A stretch of 64,000 nt of DNA, taken from positions 1 to 64,000 of IMG/VR virus record IMGVR_UViG_3300017917_001123; one strand, 5' to 3'. A program made the position numbers and the translations under genes. Shown here piece by piece: positions 17,357 through 26,711 of the stretch. Under the pieces are notes generated by a model. It was not told the DNA's origin. It saw only the letters and a list, made by a program, of their open reading frames with translations, and did no database searches. How positions within the stretch are numbered: the first letter of the stretch is position 1; every line of letters starts with the position of its first letter.

Positions 17357-18129
17357 ATGATACATTAAAAATTGGTTGGACACCATTTGTCCACAACGAA
17401 GGAAAACCTAGTGATAGTTTTGGATACTTTTCAGAATGGCAACACGTTGCTATTCAGCCCCCAGAAGTAGCCTATAAGAGCATTGCCGCAGATCGTCCGG
17501 GCAGTGATATTTTGCCCTGTCCGGGAATTACTGGGTACTTCAAAAACACCTTTCTTGTTCGTAGTCCAATTGATTTAACTATTACCGTCAAGCCAGATGT
17601 TAAAACTGTTAGCATTGAAGGGTTTGATCAAAAGTTCTACAACGAGTGGGTCATTCGCAGACCGAACGATTTTATTAATCCAGAAAAGCCAATTGTAACA
17701 CTAGGACCTAAATTAGTATTTGTAGCAGACGAAGATGTCATGCTTGAATCACTACCTGCGATGATGCACGATAGCCCTGCGCTTCGTAAGATTCGTGTAA
17801 TTCCAGGAACTTACAATATTCATCGATGGGTTCGCCCGGTAGATTTTACATTTGAAGTCCTTGACTCTAGTGAACCGATTGTGTTTAAAAGAGGCGATCC
17901 GTTATTTTATCTACGCTTTATTGATCCACAGGATCGTAAAGTTGAGTTGGAAAGAATTCCCCAAAATGACGAACTTCTTAAAACAATGTACGGAATGGTA
18001 GTTTTAAAGAACTACGTAAAGAATGTAAAATTAAATAAGTTATACGACATGGCACACGACTGGATTAAAGATAAGAAGTGGTTGCCAGGGTCAAAGAAAA
18101 AACGTTGTCCTTTTCATTGGGGAAAATAA
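17347..18129 (+). CDS. Hypothetical protein (possible dUTPase-like beta fold)
   Basis: CPG...F.V.SP.D...PG......W.RP...KRGDPL; C-terminal CPFH. Confidence 0.6.
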   Translation: MDMNDTLKIGWTPFVHNEGKPSDSFGYFSEWQHVAIQPPEVAYKSIAADRPGSDILPCPGITGYFKNTFLVRSPIDLTITVKPDVKTVSIEGFDQKFYNEWVIRRPNDFINPEKPIVTLGPKLVFVADEDVMLESLPAMMHDSPALRKIRVIPGTYNIHRWVRPVDFTFEVLDSSEPIVFKRGDPLFYLRFIDPQDRKVELERIPQNDELLKTMYGMVVLKNYVKNVKLNKLYDMAHDWIKDKKWLPGSKKKRCPFHWGK

Positions 18130-18486
18130 ATGATTGATATTCTTATTTGGGCTTTTATTTTTTGGGGTATGCTCCAATTGTTCAGAGCGATCATTGGTAC
18201 AATGGCTCTAAAAGAAGTTCAAGTTAAAGTCAAAGAGCACCTTGACAAAATTATCCACGAAGTTAAAGTGGAAAAACACCACGACACAGAGTACTGGTTC
18301 GATAAAGAAACTGATCAATTTTTGGGCCAGGGTAAAACTATAGAAGAAATAACAGCACACATCAAGTCCAGATTTCCAGACCACATTTTTGTACTACCAC
18401 CAAAAGGCGTACTATGTGCTCCAAAATGGCAGTTTGTAGATCGACTTGACGCTACAGAAAGAGCCGAACACTATGCCAATAAGTGA
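18130..18486 (+). CDS. Hypothetical membrane-anchored protein
   Basis: N-terminal TM; FLGQG motif. Confidence 0.7.
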   Translation: MIDILIWAFIFWGMLQLFRAIIGTMALKEVQVKVKEHLDKIIHEVKVEKHHDTEYWFDKETDQFLGQGKTIEEITAHIKSRFPDHIFVLPPKGVLCAPKWQFVDRLDATERAEHYANK

Positions 18487-18670
18487 AAAAGAAATGTTTC
18501 AACGTTTAGAGATTGCGTTGAAAGTATATTATGATGAATTTAAATTAGATCAGGGTAGCCAAATACAGCTTGACCTTTTTATCAACTGGCTGTATAATCA
18601 ATACGGACTAGTTAGAAAAGGGGTTGGTAATGAAAAGCAATTGGACACCGTTCCGAAAGTGGGTTCATGA
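18473..18670 (+). CDS. Hypothetical protein
   Basis: Coupled ORF. Confidence 0.55.
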   Translation: MPISEKEMFQRLEIALKVYYDEFKLDQGSQIQLDLFINWLYNQYGLVRKGVGNEKQLDTVPKVGS

Positions 18671-18806
18671 TCTTTGGTTAGAAAACTGCGAGGAGCATCG
18701 CCAATACGGCGAAAACCTCTTTCTAGAAAAAGAATATTTCCAGCGTTACAAATTTTGGCTCAAGCGTGAATACAAGCATCAAATGAAGGCACAACATGGC
18801 AACTAA
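18630..18806 (+). CDS. Hypothetical protein
   Basis: Coupled ORF. Confidence 0.55.
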   Translation: MKSNWTPFRKWVHDLWLENCEEHRQYGENLFLEKEYFQRYKFWLKREYKHQMKAQHGN

Positions 18807-19059
18807 AAAGAAACTTGAAGATCTGACTTCCGAAGAAGTTAAAGAACTCAAAATCGAGTTCGCCCCTGGTTGCTTCGACAACTTCGAAGGAAGTCAAGAA
18901 GAACTCGACGAACTGATCGGCGAAATCACTCGTATGATTCAATCCGGTGAGTTCATGGAAAAGTCTAAGCCACTTGATCCAGACGACCTTAGCGACGAAG
19001 AATTGGAAATTTTGGCTCGTGCCTTTGACGCAGAAACTAAGCCACGGAATCTACAATGA
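18796..19059 (+). CDS. Small acidic protein
   Basis: 87 aa, D/E-rich. Confidence 0.7.
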   Translation: MATKKKLEDLTSEEVKELKIEFAPGCFDNFEGSQEELDELIGEITRMIQSGEFMEKSKPLDPDDLSDEELEILARAFDAETKPRNLQ

Positions 19060-19484
19060 AAGCAGAAAAGCCCGCAGAAGGAATTTTGAAAACCCACGAT
19101 TGGGGACACTCAAAGTGGTATCATGTTATCTGCGGCTGTGGTCAGCCCGATCATAGTCTTACAGTTGAAGTAGAAGCAGAGGATACAGGTGTTAACATCA
19201 ATACCTACGCAACTATTAAGACTGACTACTGGACTGAAACAGTTAAGCCAAATGTTGGCATGGATAACGAATGGCTAGAAGAATTTGATTGGGCATGGAA
19301 ATCTATCTTTAATAGCATCATTCGTAAAGTTAAATTAACTTGGCAACTGTGGACCAAAGGTTATATCCAGGCCGAAACAACTATCGCAATGAGCGAGCAA
19401 CAAGCTCTTAATTTTGCTGAAACTTTAAAGTCTGCTATTAAAGATGCCAACCAACTCCGAGAAGAACGTATCAAAAAGCCCTGA
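19056..19484 (+). CDS. Hypothetical protein
   Basis: Coupled ORF with CxC..H motif. Confidence 0.7.
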   Translation: MKAEKPAEGILKTHDWGHSKWYHVICGCGQPDHSLTVEVEAEDTGVNINTYATIKTDYWTETVKPNVGMDNEWLEEFDWAWKSIFNSIIRKVKLTWQLWTKGYIQAETTIAMSEQQALNFAETLKSAIKDANQLREERIKKP

Positions 19485-20013
19485 GCGACACACTTTCCAA
19501 AGAGAAGGTTACGTAAAACGCCAGGCAGAAAAGGGCGAACCTGTCAATGAGGCATACGTCGACATGTTCGATAAAATCCTTGAACAGGAAGAACACAAGT
19601 TCGACGAACCAGAATCACGCAAAGACAACCTAGAATGGGATTTGCGTTCTACTGAATGGATCCTTGAAAAGGCTCGTGCTAAAGAGTCGTATGCCCAAAA
19701 TATCTATGCGGCATTGTGTAATACCGAATGGCAACGTTTGGATGTTATGCCCATTTTAAAGGACCAACGTTGGTCTTGCTCCTGGCGCTATGCTGGAGGT
19801 ATTGTGGCAGATATGCGACAAGAGGGCGACTACATTGATTGGTACTGCTCTGGAATGGGCGGGCTCAACATGGAATACGACGGCAAAGAAACTAACGAGC
19901 AATGGCAAAAGCGAACTGGCTACGTTCCAGAAAGCGTAGTTACTGACGAAATTCGGGCAGATTTCCAAAAGCTAGGTTGGATTTTGGTTGAATCCGACGA
20001 CGATTCTGCTTGA
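19444..20013 (+). CDS. Hypothetical phage protein
   Basis: YAQNIYAALCN...WSCSWR...YIDWYCSG. Confidence 0.75.
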   Translation: MPTNSEKNVSKSPERHTFQREGYVKRQAEKGEPVNEAYVDMFDKILEQEEHKFDEPESRKDNLEWDLRSTEWILEKARAKESYAQNIYAALCNTEWQRLDVMPILKDQRWSCSWRYAGGIVADMRQEGDYIDWYCSGMGGLNMEYDGKETNEQWQKRTGYVPESVVTDEIRADFQKLGWILVESDDDSA

Positions 20014-20038
20014 CAAATACCAAAACATCTCTTATAAT
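20010..20038 (+). promoter_or_regulatory. sigma70 promoter
   Basis: TTGACA-17-TATAAT. Confidence 0.8.
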
Positions 20039-20090
20039 ATAATTGTTAGCTTGATTAAGCGACCCGAGAAATCGGTTTTTTAACTTTGAA

Positions 20091-21110
20091 ATGGAGATGT
20101 CCAAAATGGCTAAAACTGCCGCTAGCACTACCTTGAACCCTTACGTGACTTCTAAGTCCGCTGTGGTCCCACTAGTTTCTGTAGCAACCACGCTCGCAAA
20201 GAAACTAAAATTTAATCCCCAAAAATTTGAGAAAAATAAATTCAACAAGTTTGCTTGGGTTGATCCTAACCTTATCGATGTGAATTTTGGTTCTCAGCGT
20301 TGGCCCGACGAACCCCATATCGGAAAACTTGTAAAGAAGTTTAATCCTTACAAATGTACTCCCCTAGTTTGTGTTTACAGAACTGACCTTGGTCGTTATC
20401 GAGTTTGTGATGGTCTTCAACACGGATCTGGCATGATTGTCACATTCTTTGGTTGCCTTAACAACGGGCTCGAAGTTCCAATCTGGTACGTCGAAGCCGA
20501 CGACGAGTTTGTTGAACACGATATCTTCCTTGCTCTTAACCGCGATAACTTGCCTATGGCCAAGTACTTTATCCATGACCAAGAAGTTAAGATGAAGGTT
20601 CCTAAGGCTGTAGAAATTGAACGTCTTGTTAAACGAGCAGGCGCATTTACTGCCTATAATAGTCGCAAGCCCGGTGCTATTACTCACATTAGCGACTTGT
20701 ACACTGGTCATAAAGTTTTGGGCAAGGACTGCCTACAAAAAGCTATCGAATGCCTGCGTGACTATTTCCCGGACGACAAAATTCATACTGCGTCGATGCT
20801 AGGTATTGGTAAGGTCTTCCTTCTTCTTAAAGAGCAAGGTTTGCTTACTGACGAAATTATTAGCGAAGTTGGTGGCGCATTGTTTGCTAATTTTGAAGAC
20901 AGTGATCGACTTCACCTTGATATCAAAGACGAATTCCAAAAAACTTATCCGTCAAACTACAAAGGTATGAACGCAATGGAGAAAGTTGCGTCCGGTGTGA
21001 TTGATGTCTACGAGCAGTATTACGGCAAACCGATTGGTATTGACAAGCCTTTTGACATTACTATGCCTATTTTGGCTACTGTTAAAGATGAGGATTTAGT
21101 AAATGCCTAA
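20091..21110 (+). CDS. ParB/Srx-like domain protein
   Basis: SQR...Y.VCDGLQH...F..LN pattern. Confidence 0.6.
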   Translation: MEMSKMAKTAASTTLNPYVTSKSAVVPLVSVATTLAKKLKFNPQKFEKNKFNKFAWVDPNLIDVNFGSQRWPDEPHIGKLVKKFNPYKCTPLVCVYRTDLGRYRVCDGLQHGSGMIVTFFGCLNNGLEVPIWYVEADDEFVEHDIFLALNRDNLPMAKYFIHDQEVKMKVPKAVEIERLVKRAGAFTAYNSRKPGAITHISDLYTGHKVLGKDCLQKAIECLRDYFPDDKIHTASMLGIGKVFLLLKEQGLLTDEIISEVGGALFANFEDSDRLHLDIKDEFQKTYPSNYKGMNAMEKVASGVIDVYEQYYGKPIGIDKPFDITMPILATVKDEDLVNA

Positions 21111-21522
21111 CTTGTATCCTAAGTACGATCCTGCTACTTACGTTACAAGAGACTTATTCCGCAAGGTTGTAGAAACTAAAGATCTTCGCTACGTCTGGGC
21201 ATATAAAAATGCCCAGAAGTGGGGAGTAGATTACGAACAGTTTCGCAATCTTTGCGGAACTCACTGTGCGTGTTGCGGCAGTGAGTTAGACTACGGTCTT
21301 GGAAAAAATAACGTAAACAAGTCAGATATAAACACACCGAGTACTGATCATAAAATTCCTCGCAGTTTGGACGAATCTAAAACTAACGATATTAGTAATC
21401 TTTGGATTATTTGTAACAGATGTAATACTTTAAAATCATCTGCTACTCAAGACGACATCCATAGATACAAAAAAATTGTCGAAGCCTTAGAGTCTTTCAG
21501 TATTGACAAAACCAAAACATGA
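21103..21522 (+). CDS. HNH endonuclease
   Basis: CACC...STDHKIPRS...NLWIICNRCN.LK. Confidence 0.85.
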   Translation: MPNLYPKYDPATYVTRDLFRKVVETKDLRYVWAYKNAQKWGVDYEQFRNLCGTHCACCGSELDYGLGKNNVNKSDINTPSTDHKIPRSLDESKTNDISNLWIICNRCNTLKSSATQDDIHRYKKIVEALESFSIDKTKT

Positions 21523-21531
21523 TGCTACAAT
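21503..21531 (+). promoter_or_regulatory. sigma70 promoter (leaderless mRNA)
   Basis: TTGACA-17-TACAAT-6-ATG. Confidence 0.7.
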
Positions 21532-21537
21532 TATATC

Positions 21538-21966
21538 ATGACTAAGAAACTTGACCGCAAAACTGTAGAAATTGGTAAGAAGCGTATTCCGCTTCGCAAG
21601 CTTCTACATGGCAAAGAAATCCGCGAAGCCGCAAAAGCTCTCGAAGATTTCCGTTTAGGACTAAATGAGCAAGAGCTCCTTTATGGAGCCAAGCTCACTG
21701 TTAAAATGGACAGTTACGGAGAAGCGGTATTGTATGCTCATCGTTTGGAGACAGACAAAGAGTATGCTGATCGGATTGAAAAGGCTCGAATTGCGGCCGA
21801 ACAAAAAGCCGAACGTGAACGTAAACGTAAGCTAATGGAGGTAGAACGAGCTGAACGAGCTAAGGAAATTCAAAAGCAAAAAGCTCTTGAAAGCATCCTA
21901 TCTATCGCAAAAGCAAACGGTTTGGGCAATGAAGAATTGGAAAAATTGCTCAAAGCATCCAATTGA
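21538..21966 (+). CDS. Hypothetical coiled-coil protein
   Basis: 142-aa ORF. Confidence 0.75.
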   Translation: MTKKLDRKTVEIGKKRIPLRKLLHGKEIREAAKALEDFRLGLNEQELLYGAKLTVKMDSYGEAVLYAHRLETDKEYADRIEKARIAAEQKAERERKRKLMEVERAERAKEIQKQKALESILSIAKANGLGNEELEKLLKASN

Positions 21967-21991
21967 CAAAGTGGTAAAAAGGTTGTATAAT
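21963..21991 (+). promoter_or_regulatory. sigma70 promoter
   Basis: TTGACA-17-TATAAT. Confidence 0.8.
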
Positions 21992-22025
21992 ATATACATA
22001 CAGTTAAACAACGGAGTAAACAAAT

Positions 22026-23234
22026 ATGGCAACTAAAGCACCAGCAGTTAAAAAGACTCGAGTTACTAAGGCTCAAGTTCAGGCACATCGTGCTAACGCA
22101 AAACGAGATATGAGCCCAAAATGGGATGATGTAGAGAATCTTTCTGCTGATGATTTTGCCCGAAAGTTCCGGCAAGCAATGGATTGGTATCGTTTGGAAA
22201 CTACTGCCAAAGATCTCAAGCCTAATGTTATTAACTGGATGAGCCGTAACGATTATTCTAAGGCAGATATCCAAGCATTTAAAAAGACCAAAGACAACCG
22301 CTGTTCCGGTACTATGGGTGCCATTGCTTCTTGTTTGCTCAAAGGTATGCCAGCACAACGCAAGGACTTTAACGAAGGCCGAGATACTGCTGAATGGCTT
22401 AAGGATGCTATTGCTAAGGTTATTTCGGAAGGCAAAGACGATATTGATGAGGACGAGGACGCACCTAAGGTCGAAAAGCCTGTAGTCTATGTTCCTAGCA
22501 TCCAAGAACGTCTGCGTGATGCGGCCGGTCAAATGAGCGAAGAAATTGACTATGCCATTGACGAGTGGGTTGTTGATCCTGATAAGTTTGATCCAAAGGC
22601 ATTTAAGATTGTTAGCCTGCTCCGCGGTAAAGGTGTCAAGGCCGCACATGCTCGTATTATTAAAAGTTTTTACGAGCGTAGCCTTGCCGATTTCGAAGAA
22701 CTTCAGCAAAAAGGTTGTGATGAGCAACTAGTAGAAGCATACGAACACGTTAGCAAGAAGAACATTAAAAAGATGTACGAGTTCTTGCTCGGTGTTATGT
22801 CGGCTTGCGATCAAATTGTAGGCGAAGCTAAGTTGAACAAGAAGCCTCGTGCTAAGAAAGTTAAGCCCGCAGAAGAACTGGTTAAGAAGCTCAAGTTCAA
22901 AGCAACTGACGACAAGCTAGGTGTTACTTCTGTTCCGCCTGCTCAGCTAGTTGGTGCTCAGGGTGCCGTTGTGTATAACACCAAGACTCGAAAGCTGGGT
23001 ATCTACATTTCAATGAATAGCTCAGGACTTGAAGTTAAGGGAACTAGCATCGGTAACTTTACTGCTAAGTCTACTCAAAAGACTTTGCGTAAGCCCGAGC
23101 TACAACTTCGAGAGTTCAAAGACCAAAATACTCAGAAGCGTGTAACCGATTGGTTTGCTAAGATCAAGGCTACTGAAATTGCTCTCAATGGTCGCCTTAA
23201 CGCAGAAACTATGATCCTAAAGGTGTTTAAATGA
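22026..23234 (+). CDS. Hypothetical phage protein (402 aa, Lys-rich)
   Basis: GGAG RBS, long ORF. Confidence 0.85.
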   Translation: MATKAPAVKKTRVTKAQVQAHRANAKRDMSPKWDDVENLSADDFARKFRQAMDWYRLETTAKDLKPNVINWMSRNDYSKADIQAFKKTKDNRCSGTMGAIASCLLKGMPAQRKDFNEGRDTAEWLKDAIAKVISEGKDDIDEDEDAPKVEKPVVYVPSIQERLRDAAGQMSEEIDYAIDEWVVDPDKFDPKAFKIVSLLRGKGVKAAHARIIKSFYERSLADFEELQQKGCDEQLVEAYEHVSKKNIKKMYEFLLGVMSACDQIVGEAKLNKKPRAKKVKPAEELVKKLKFKATDDKLGVTSVPPAQLVGAQGAVVYNTKTRKLGIYISMNSSGLEVKGTSIGNFTAKSTQKTLRKPELQLREFKDQNTQKRVTDWFAKIKATEIALNGRLNAETMILKVFK

Positions 23235-23398
23235 AAGCATTGATGGTATTTGTATTCCTAGCTATCGGTAACATTGTGTATCAGTTCTTTTATCCTGAAC
23301 CAAATTTTGCTGTAGCATTTGAACGTACATATTTTCAAGGAAGTGCCTTATTGACGTACTATCTTCTAGATAAGTTCGTTTGGAGAAGTACAGTATGA
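23231..23398 (+). CDS. Small membrane protein (55 aa)
   Basis: Hand-translated MKALMVFVFLAIGNIVYQFF... Confidence 0.55.
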   Translation: MKALMVFVFLAIGNIVYQFFYPEPNFAVAFERTYFQGSALLTYYLLDKFVWRSTV

Positions 23399-23688
23399 TT
23401 AACCTGCGATTTAGTATTACCAATCCTTGGTGGGACAGGTTTGAAAACATTAAGTGTTGGGCCGGTGGAACACCTTTCAAGCATAAGTTCTGGGAAGTAC
23501 AGATTATGAAGAGTGACGACATTGTTGCTTTTGATTTGCGTACTACTACACAAACAGATCACGCAGGCATTGACTTGTGGGTAGGCCTGTTAGGTTATTC
23601 TATTAACGCACAGCTCTACGACAATCGACATTGGAACTTTAAAGAAAATCGCTGGATGGTTTATACAGAAGACGAGGGATACCATTGA
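23395..23688 (+). CDS. Hypothetical protein
   Basis: GGAG before ATG 23395. Confidence 0.65.
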   Translation: MINLRFSITNPWWDRFENIKCWAGGTPFKHKFWEVQIMKSDDIVAFDLRTTTQTDHAGIDLWVGLLGYSINAQLYDNRHWNFKENRWMVYTEDEGYH

Positions 23689-23888
23689 AATTTATTCAGA
23701 TCGGATTACTTGTACTGTTTGCCTTATTCCTTTGGAGTGTTATGTTTGGCTTGATTTACTTAGGTAATACTATTGCTGGAAACGCAGGTAAAGTGTATAA
23801 TTGTAGTATTGCGGAAATCAGTCCGGACTTTACACCAAAGATGCGACAGGAATGTCGTCGTCTTAACTCACAGACTTACAACAAATGA
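23685..23888 (+). CDS. Small membrane protein
   Basis: N-terminal TM; YNCSIAEISPD...CR. Confidence 0.65.
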   Translation: MKFIQIGLLVLFALFLWSVMFGLIYLGNTIAGNAGKVYNCSIAEISPDFTPKMRQECRRLNSQTYNK

Positions 23889-24352
23889 AGAAATTGTTTT
23901 ACATTAAAGAAGGTCGAAAGTATGTACCCGTTAGCGAGTACGACAGCGACTTGATAGATGCTTTTACTAAAGGAACGCATCTAGTTATGGTCTATCCAGG
24001 TGGCTCAAGTCGCAAGTATAATGTCGACCCTAACTATGCCGCAATGATTGCCGCAGGGCGTGTGGCCGAAGATGCTATCAGCAAGACCATTATGGAAAAG
24101 AGTGCCCTGCGTGTTCCGGAAAAATATCATCCGCTTACAGAAGAGCAATTGGCAGCGTGGAAGCATCTTGCCGAGACATTTGGACAAGAACGTTTTGCTC
24201 TTGAATGGTGTTCATATCGCGAAGCCGCAGAAGCAGGCGTCAAGGCAATGATGGCAGAAGCAGAGAAGCTTATGGAGCACGAAAGTGTTCGTAAGGCATA
24301 TGAGCATTTTATGTTGGTATGTAAATTGGTGAAAGAAAATGACGCTACCTGA
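23885..24352 (+). CDS. Hypothetical phage protein
   Basis: Coupled ORF. Confidence 0.75.
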   Translation: MKKLFYIKEGRKYVPVSEYDSDLIDAFTKGTHLVMVYPGGSSRKYNVDPNYAAMIAAGRVAEDAISKTIMEKSALRVPEKYHPLTEEQLAAWKHLAETFGQERFALEWCSYREAAEAGVKAMMAEAEKLMEHESVRKAYEHFMLVCKLVKENDAT

Positions 24353-24599
24353 CGAACGCTATCGTGCTATTAAATGGGCAGAACAGCTTTGTCGAGATCT
24401 CATGGATCCTAGCAAAACTCCTAGAGTGCCGAAAACTATTCGGCAACGGGCTTACAGCGTTCTGCGGCATTTTCCCGAAGAATACTATTTGGCAATGTTA
24501 GCAGAAGCAAGGCCAGATATTATAGAACGAAGAGGTAAACCATTTGATCCTCTGTACAAAATGGTTAAAGATTACGAATTTAAAAAGGAAGAAAAATGA
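24339..24599 (+). CDS. Hypothetical phage protein
   Basis: [10 protein letters not shown]...LRHFP. Confidence 0.75.
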   Translation: MTLPDERYRAIKWAEQLCRDLMDPSKTPRVPKTIRQRAYSVLRHFPEEYYLAMLAEARPDIIERRGKPFDPLYKMVKDYEFKKEEK

Positions 24600-25216
24600 A
24601 CCTAGTACCAATGGTAGTTGAAAAGACCAGTCAAGGCGAACGTGCTTATGACATTTACAGCCGCTTACTCAAAGAGCGCATTGTTTTCCTAAACGGCCCT
24701 GTAGATGATCACAGCGCAAACTTGATCGTAGCACAGATGCTGTTCTTGGAAAGCGAAGATCCTACTAAGGACATTAACTTCTACATTAATAGCCCAGGTG
24801 GACTGGTTACTGCTGGTTTGAGCATTTATGACGTTATGCAGTTCGTTAAATGCGATGTAGCAACCTATGTTATGGGTCAAGCGTGTTCAATGGGTTCGTT
24901 CCTGGCACAGGCAGGTGCCAAAGGCAAGCGTTATGTGTTGCCCGAATCACGCACAATGATTCACCGTGTTAGCTCAGGTACTCCAGGTACCAAAGGTAGT
25001 GTTCACGTTCAAGAACTACAATTTGAAGACGCTAAACGCACTTTTGAAGAAAGCCAGCGCATTAATAAGCGTCTAACTGAACTGTATGTGCGCCACAATA
25101 CCGCAGGTAAGACCTACGAAGAAATGTTCGAAGCGATGAAATTTGATACATTTTTGGGCTCCGAAGAAGCGGTTGCTTGGGGTCTAGCAGACCACGTTAT
25201 CAGCAAGCACGAATAA
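24596..25216 (+). CDS. clpP: ATP-dependent Clp protease proteolytic subunit
   Basis: [19 protein letters not shown], catalytic SMG and MIH. Confidence 0.95.
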   Translation: MNLVPMVVEKTSQGERAYDIYSRLLKERIVFLNGPVDDHSANLIVAQMLFLESEDPTKDINFYINSPGGLVTAGLSIYDVMQFVKCDVATYVMGQACSMGSFLAQAGAKGKRYVLPESRTMIHRVSSGTPGTKGSVHVQELQFEDAKRTFEESQRINKRLTELYVRHNTAGKTYEEMFEAMKFDTFLGSEEAVAWGLADHVISKHE

Positions 25217-25221
25217 ACTAC

Positions 25222-25283
25222 AGCGTATTCCGCTAAATAGTAGGTATAGCCCAAACGGGCCTTATCTACTATTGGAATACGCT
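25222..25283 (+). promoter_or_regulatory. Long hairpin containing TAAATA late-promoter motif and masking translation start region
   Basis: AGCGTATTCC/GGAATACGCT and AATAGTAGGTA/TATCTACTATT; TAAATA at 25234. Confidence 0.65.
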
Positions 25284-25284
25284 A

Positions 25285-26190
25285 ATGTCTATAAATGATG
25301 TTTTAACCCTAGAAAACGGCAAATTAGTCGCACGTAGCGACCTAAATATCTACGGTGTTTTGACCGCAAATAAGGTCGTAACACACGAGCTTGTAGCACA
25401 CCAACGCTATGATGCTACATACTTTGAATTTTCAAAGAACACTGAATCCGGCACAAACGCAGGCCGCGGATTCCTATGGCCAAATAACGATTACAATCGT
25501 ATGCTTATTTGGCGTGATGATCCTAGTCGTTTTTGGTTATCTGACAGCGTTGACTTAGCACCAGACCGTTCTTATCACGTTAACGGTACTCAAGTACTCA
25601 GCCTAAATACTCTAGGCGGTAGTGTAGTAAATTCCAATTTACAAAAGGTAGGTAACTTAAAAGACCTAACAGTAGTAGGTAATGTAAACTTTGCTGATCA
25701 ACTTTTCTTTAACGCAACTAGTGGTCGTTTAAGTGTTGGCGGAGAAGGTGGATCAGGTATTCTAACAGTCTACGATCGTAACAACGATGTTGAAGTTGTA
25801 ATCACAGGCGGTGAAGACGGTCGTGCTAAAATTGGTGCTATCCAAACTCGTTCAGTAGACATTATTACAGATAGTCAAACAAGACTAAGCGTAGAATACA
25901 ACGGCGATTTCACAGTAGGTCATGAAACTAATCGCGAAACAGTTAGCAGAATTTACGGCAAAGTAGGCATAAACGTAAAGACTCCTAAAGAAGATTTAGA
26001 AGTTGCTGGTAATATTCGTTTCGCCAACAAGTTAATGGCAGCAGGTGCCGGAGCCCCGTCTGTAGGATATCACAATAAAGGTGATATGATTTGGAACAGC
26101 AATCCAAAAGAAAACGACTACATTGGGTGGATCTGTATTCAATCAGGCACCCCAGGCGAATGGCGTCCATTTGGTTTAATCGGCAATTAA
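25285..26190 (+). CDS. Putative virion/tail fibre-like beta protein
   Basis: SNLQKVGNLKDLTV, KVGIN...LEVAGNI, KGD..WN..P...GW.C..SGTPGEW. Confidence 0.6.
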   Translation: MSINDVLTLENGKLVARSDLNIYGVLTANKVVTHELVAHQRYDATYFEFSKNTESGTNAGRGFLWPNNDYNRMLIWRDDPSRFWLSDSVDLAPDRSYHVNGTQVLSLNTLGGSVVNSNLQKVGNLKDLTVVGNVNFADQLFFNATSGRLSVGGEGGSGILTVYDRNNDVEVVITGGEDGRAKIGAIQTRSVDIITDSQTRLSVEYNGDFTVGHETNRETVSRIYGKVGINVKTPKEDLEVAGNIRFANKLMAAGAGAPSVGYHNKGDMIWNSNPKENDYIGWICIQSGTPGEWRPFGLIGN

Positions 26191-26289
26191 AAACTGCTGA
26201 CAAAATCCCAGTAGAAACACTGATAAGTACTAGAGTCATAACAATGACTTTAGGCAAATCAGCATAGGCAAACTATAGGGAGAAAAATT

Positions 26290-26610
26290 ATGGACGCAAG
26301 GCTTAAAAAACATTTAGATAAACTTCACGCATTTGACAACGAACGAAAGGGTTGGTTAATCCTTAGCTCATTCGTTGTGGCAACAGTCCTTGGAATTATT
26401 TTTGAATGGGATCATATTGTTGCTAGTAGGTACCTTTGGCTAATCGGTAGCGCAGGACTAGTGTTATCAGTCTGTTGGTGGTACTGGGCAATGAGATTAG
26501 TCCGACATCTTTTAGAATCCAAAAACGACGAATACCAATTACTAAGCGACATTGTCGATATGGTAAAAGCGGTAAAGCACGACGTTAAAAAATTAGACGA
26601 CAAGTCTTGA
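26290..26610 (+). CDS. Two-TM membrane protein
   Basis: Two hydrophobic segments; GGAG RBS. Confidence 0.7.
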   Translation: MDARLKKHLDKLHAFDNERKGWLILSSFVVATVLGIIFEWDHIVASRYLWLIGSAGLVLSVCWWYWAMRLVRHLLESKNDEYQLLSDIVDMVKAVKHDVKKLDDKS

Positions 26611-26680
26611 CCTATTAAATAAGACCGTATATAATTACATTATGCGGTCTCAGGCATTCATCCCGCAATATAAATTCTGC
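26607..26680 (+). promoter_or_regulatory. sigma70 promoter followed by preQ1-I-like leader
   Basis: TTGACC-17-TATAAT; TGCGG/CCGCA stem + A-rich tail. Confidence 0.55.
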
Positions 26681-26711
26681 GTGTCATCAAACTTACTGAA
26701 AAGGGCAAGAG

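Noticed and set aside
21870-22727. 285-aa antisense ORF (likewise 49983-50618 and others opposite dnaK/clpA)
   Set aside because: Shadow frames of codon-biased + strand genes
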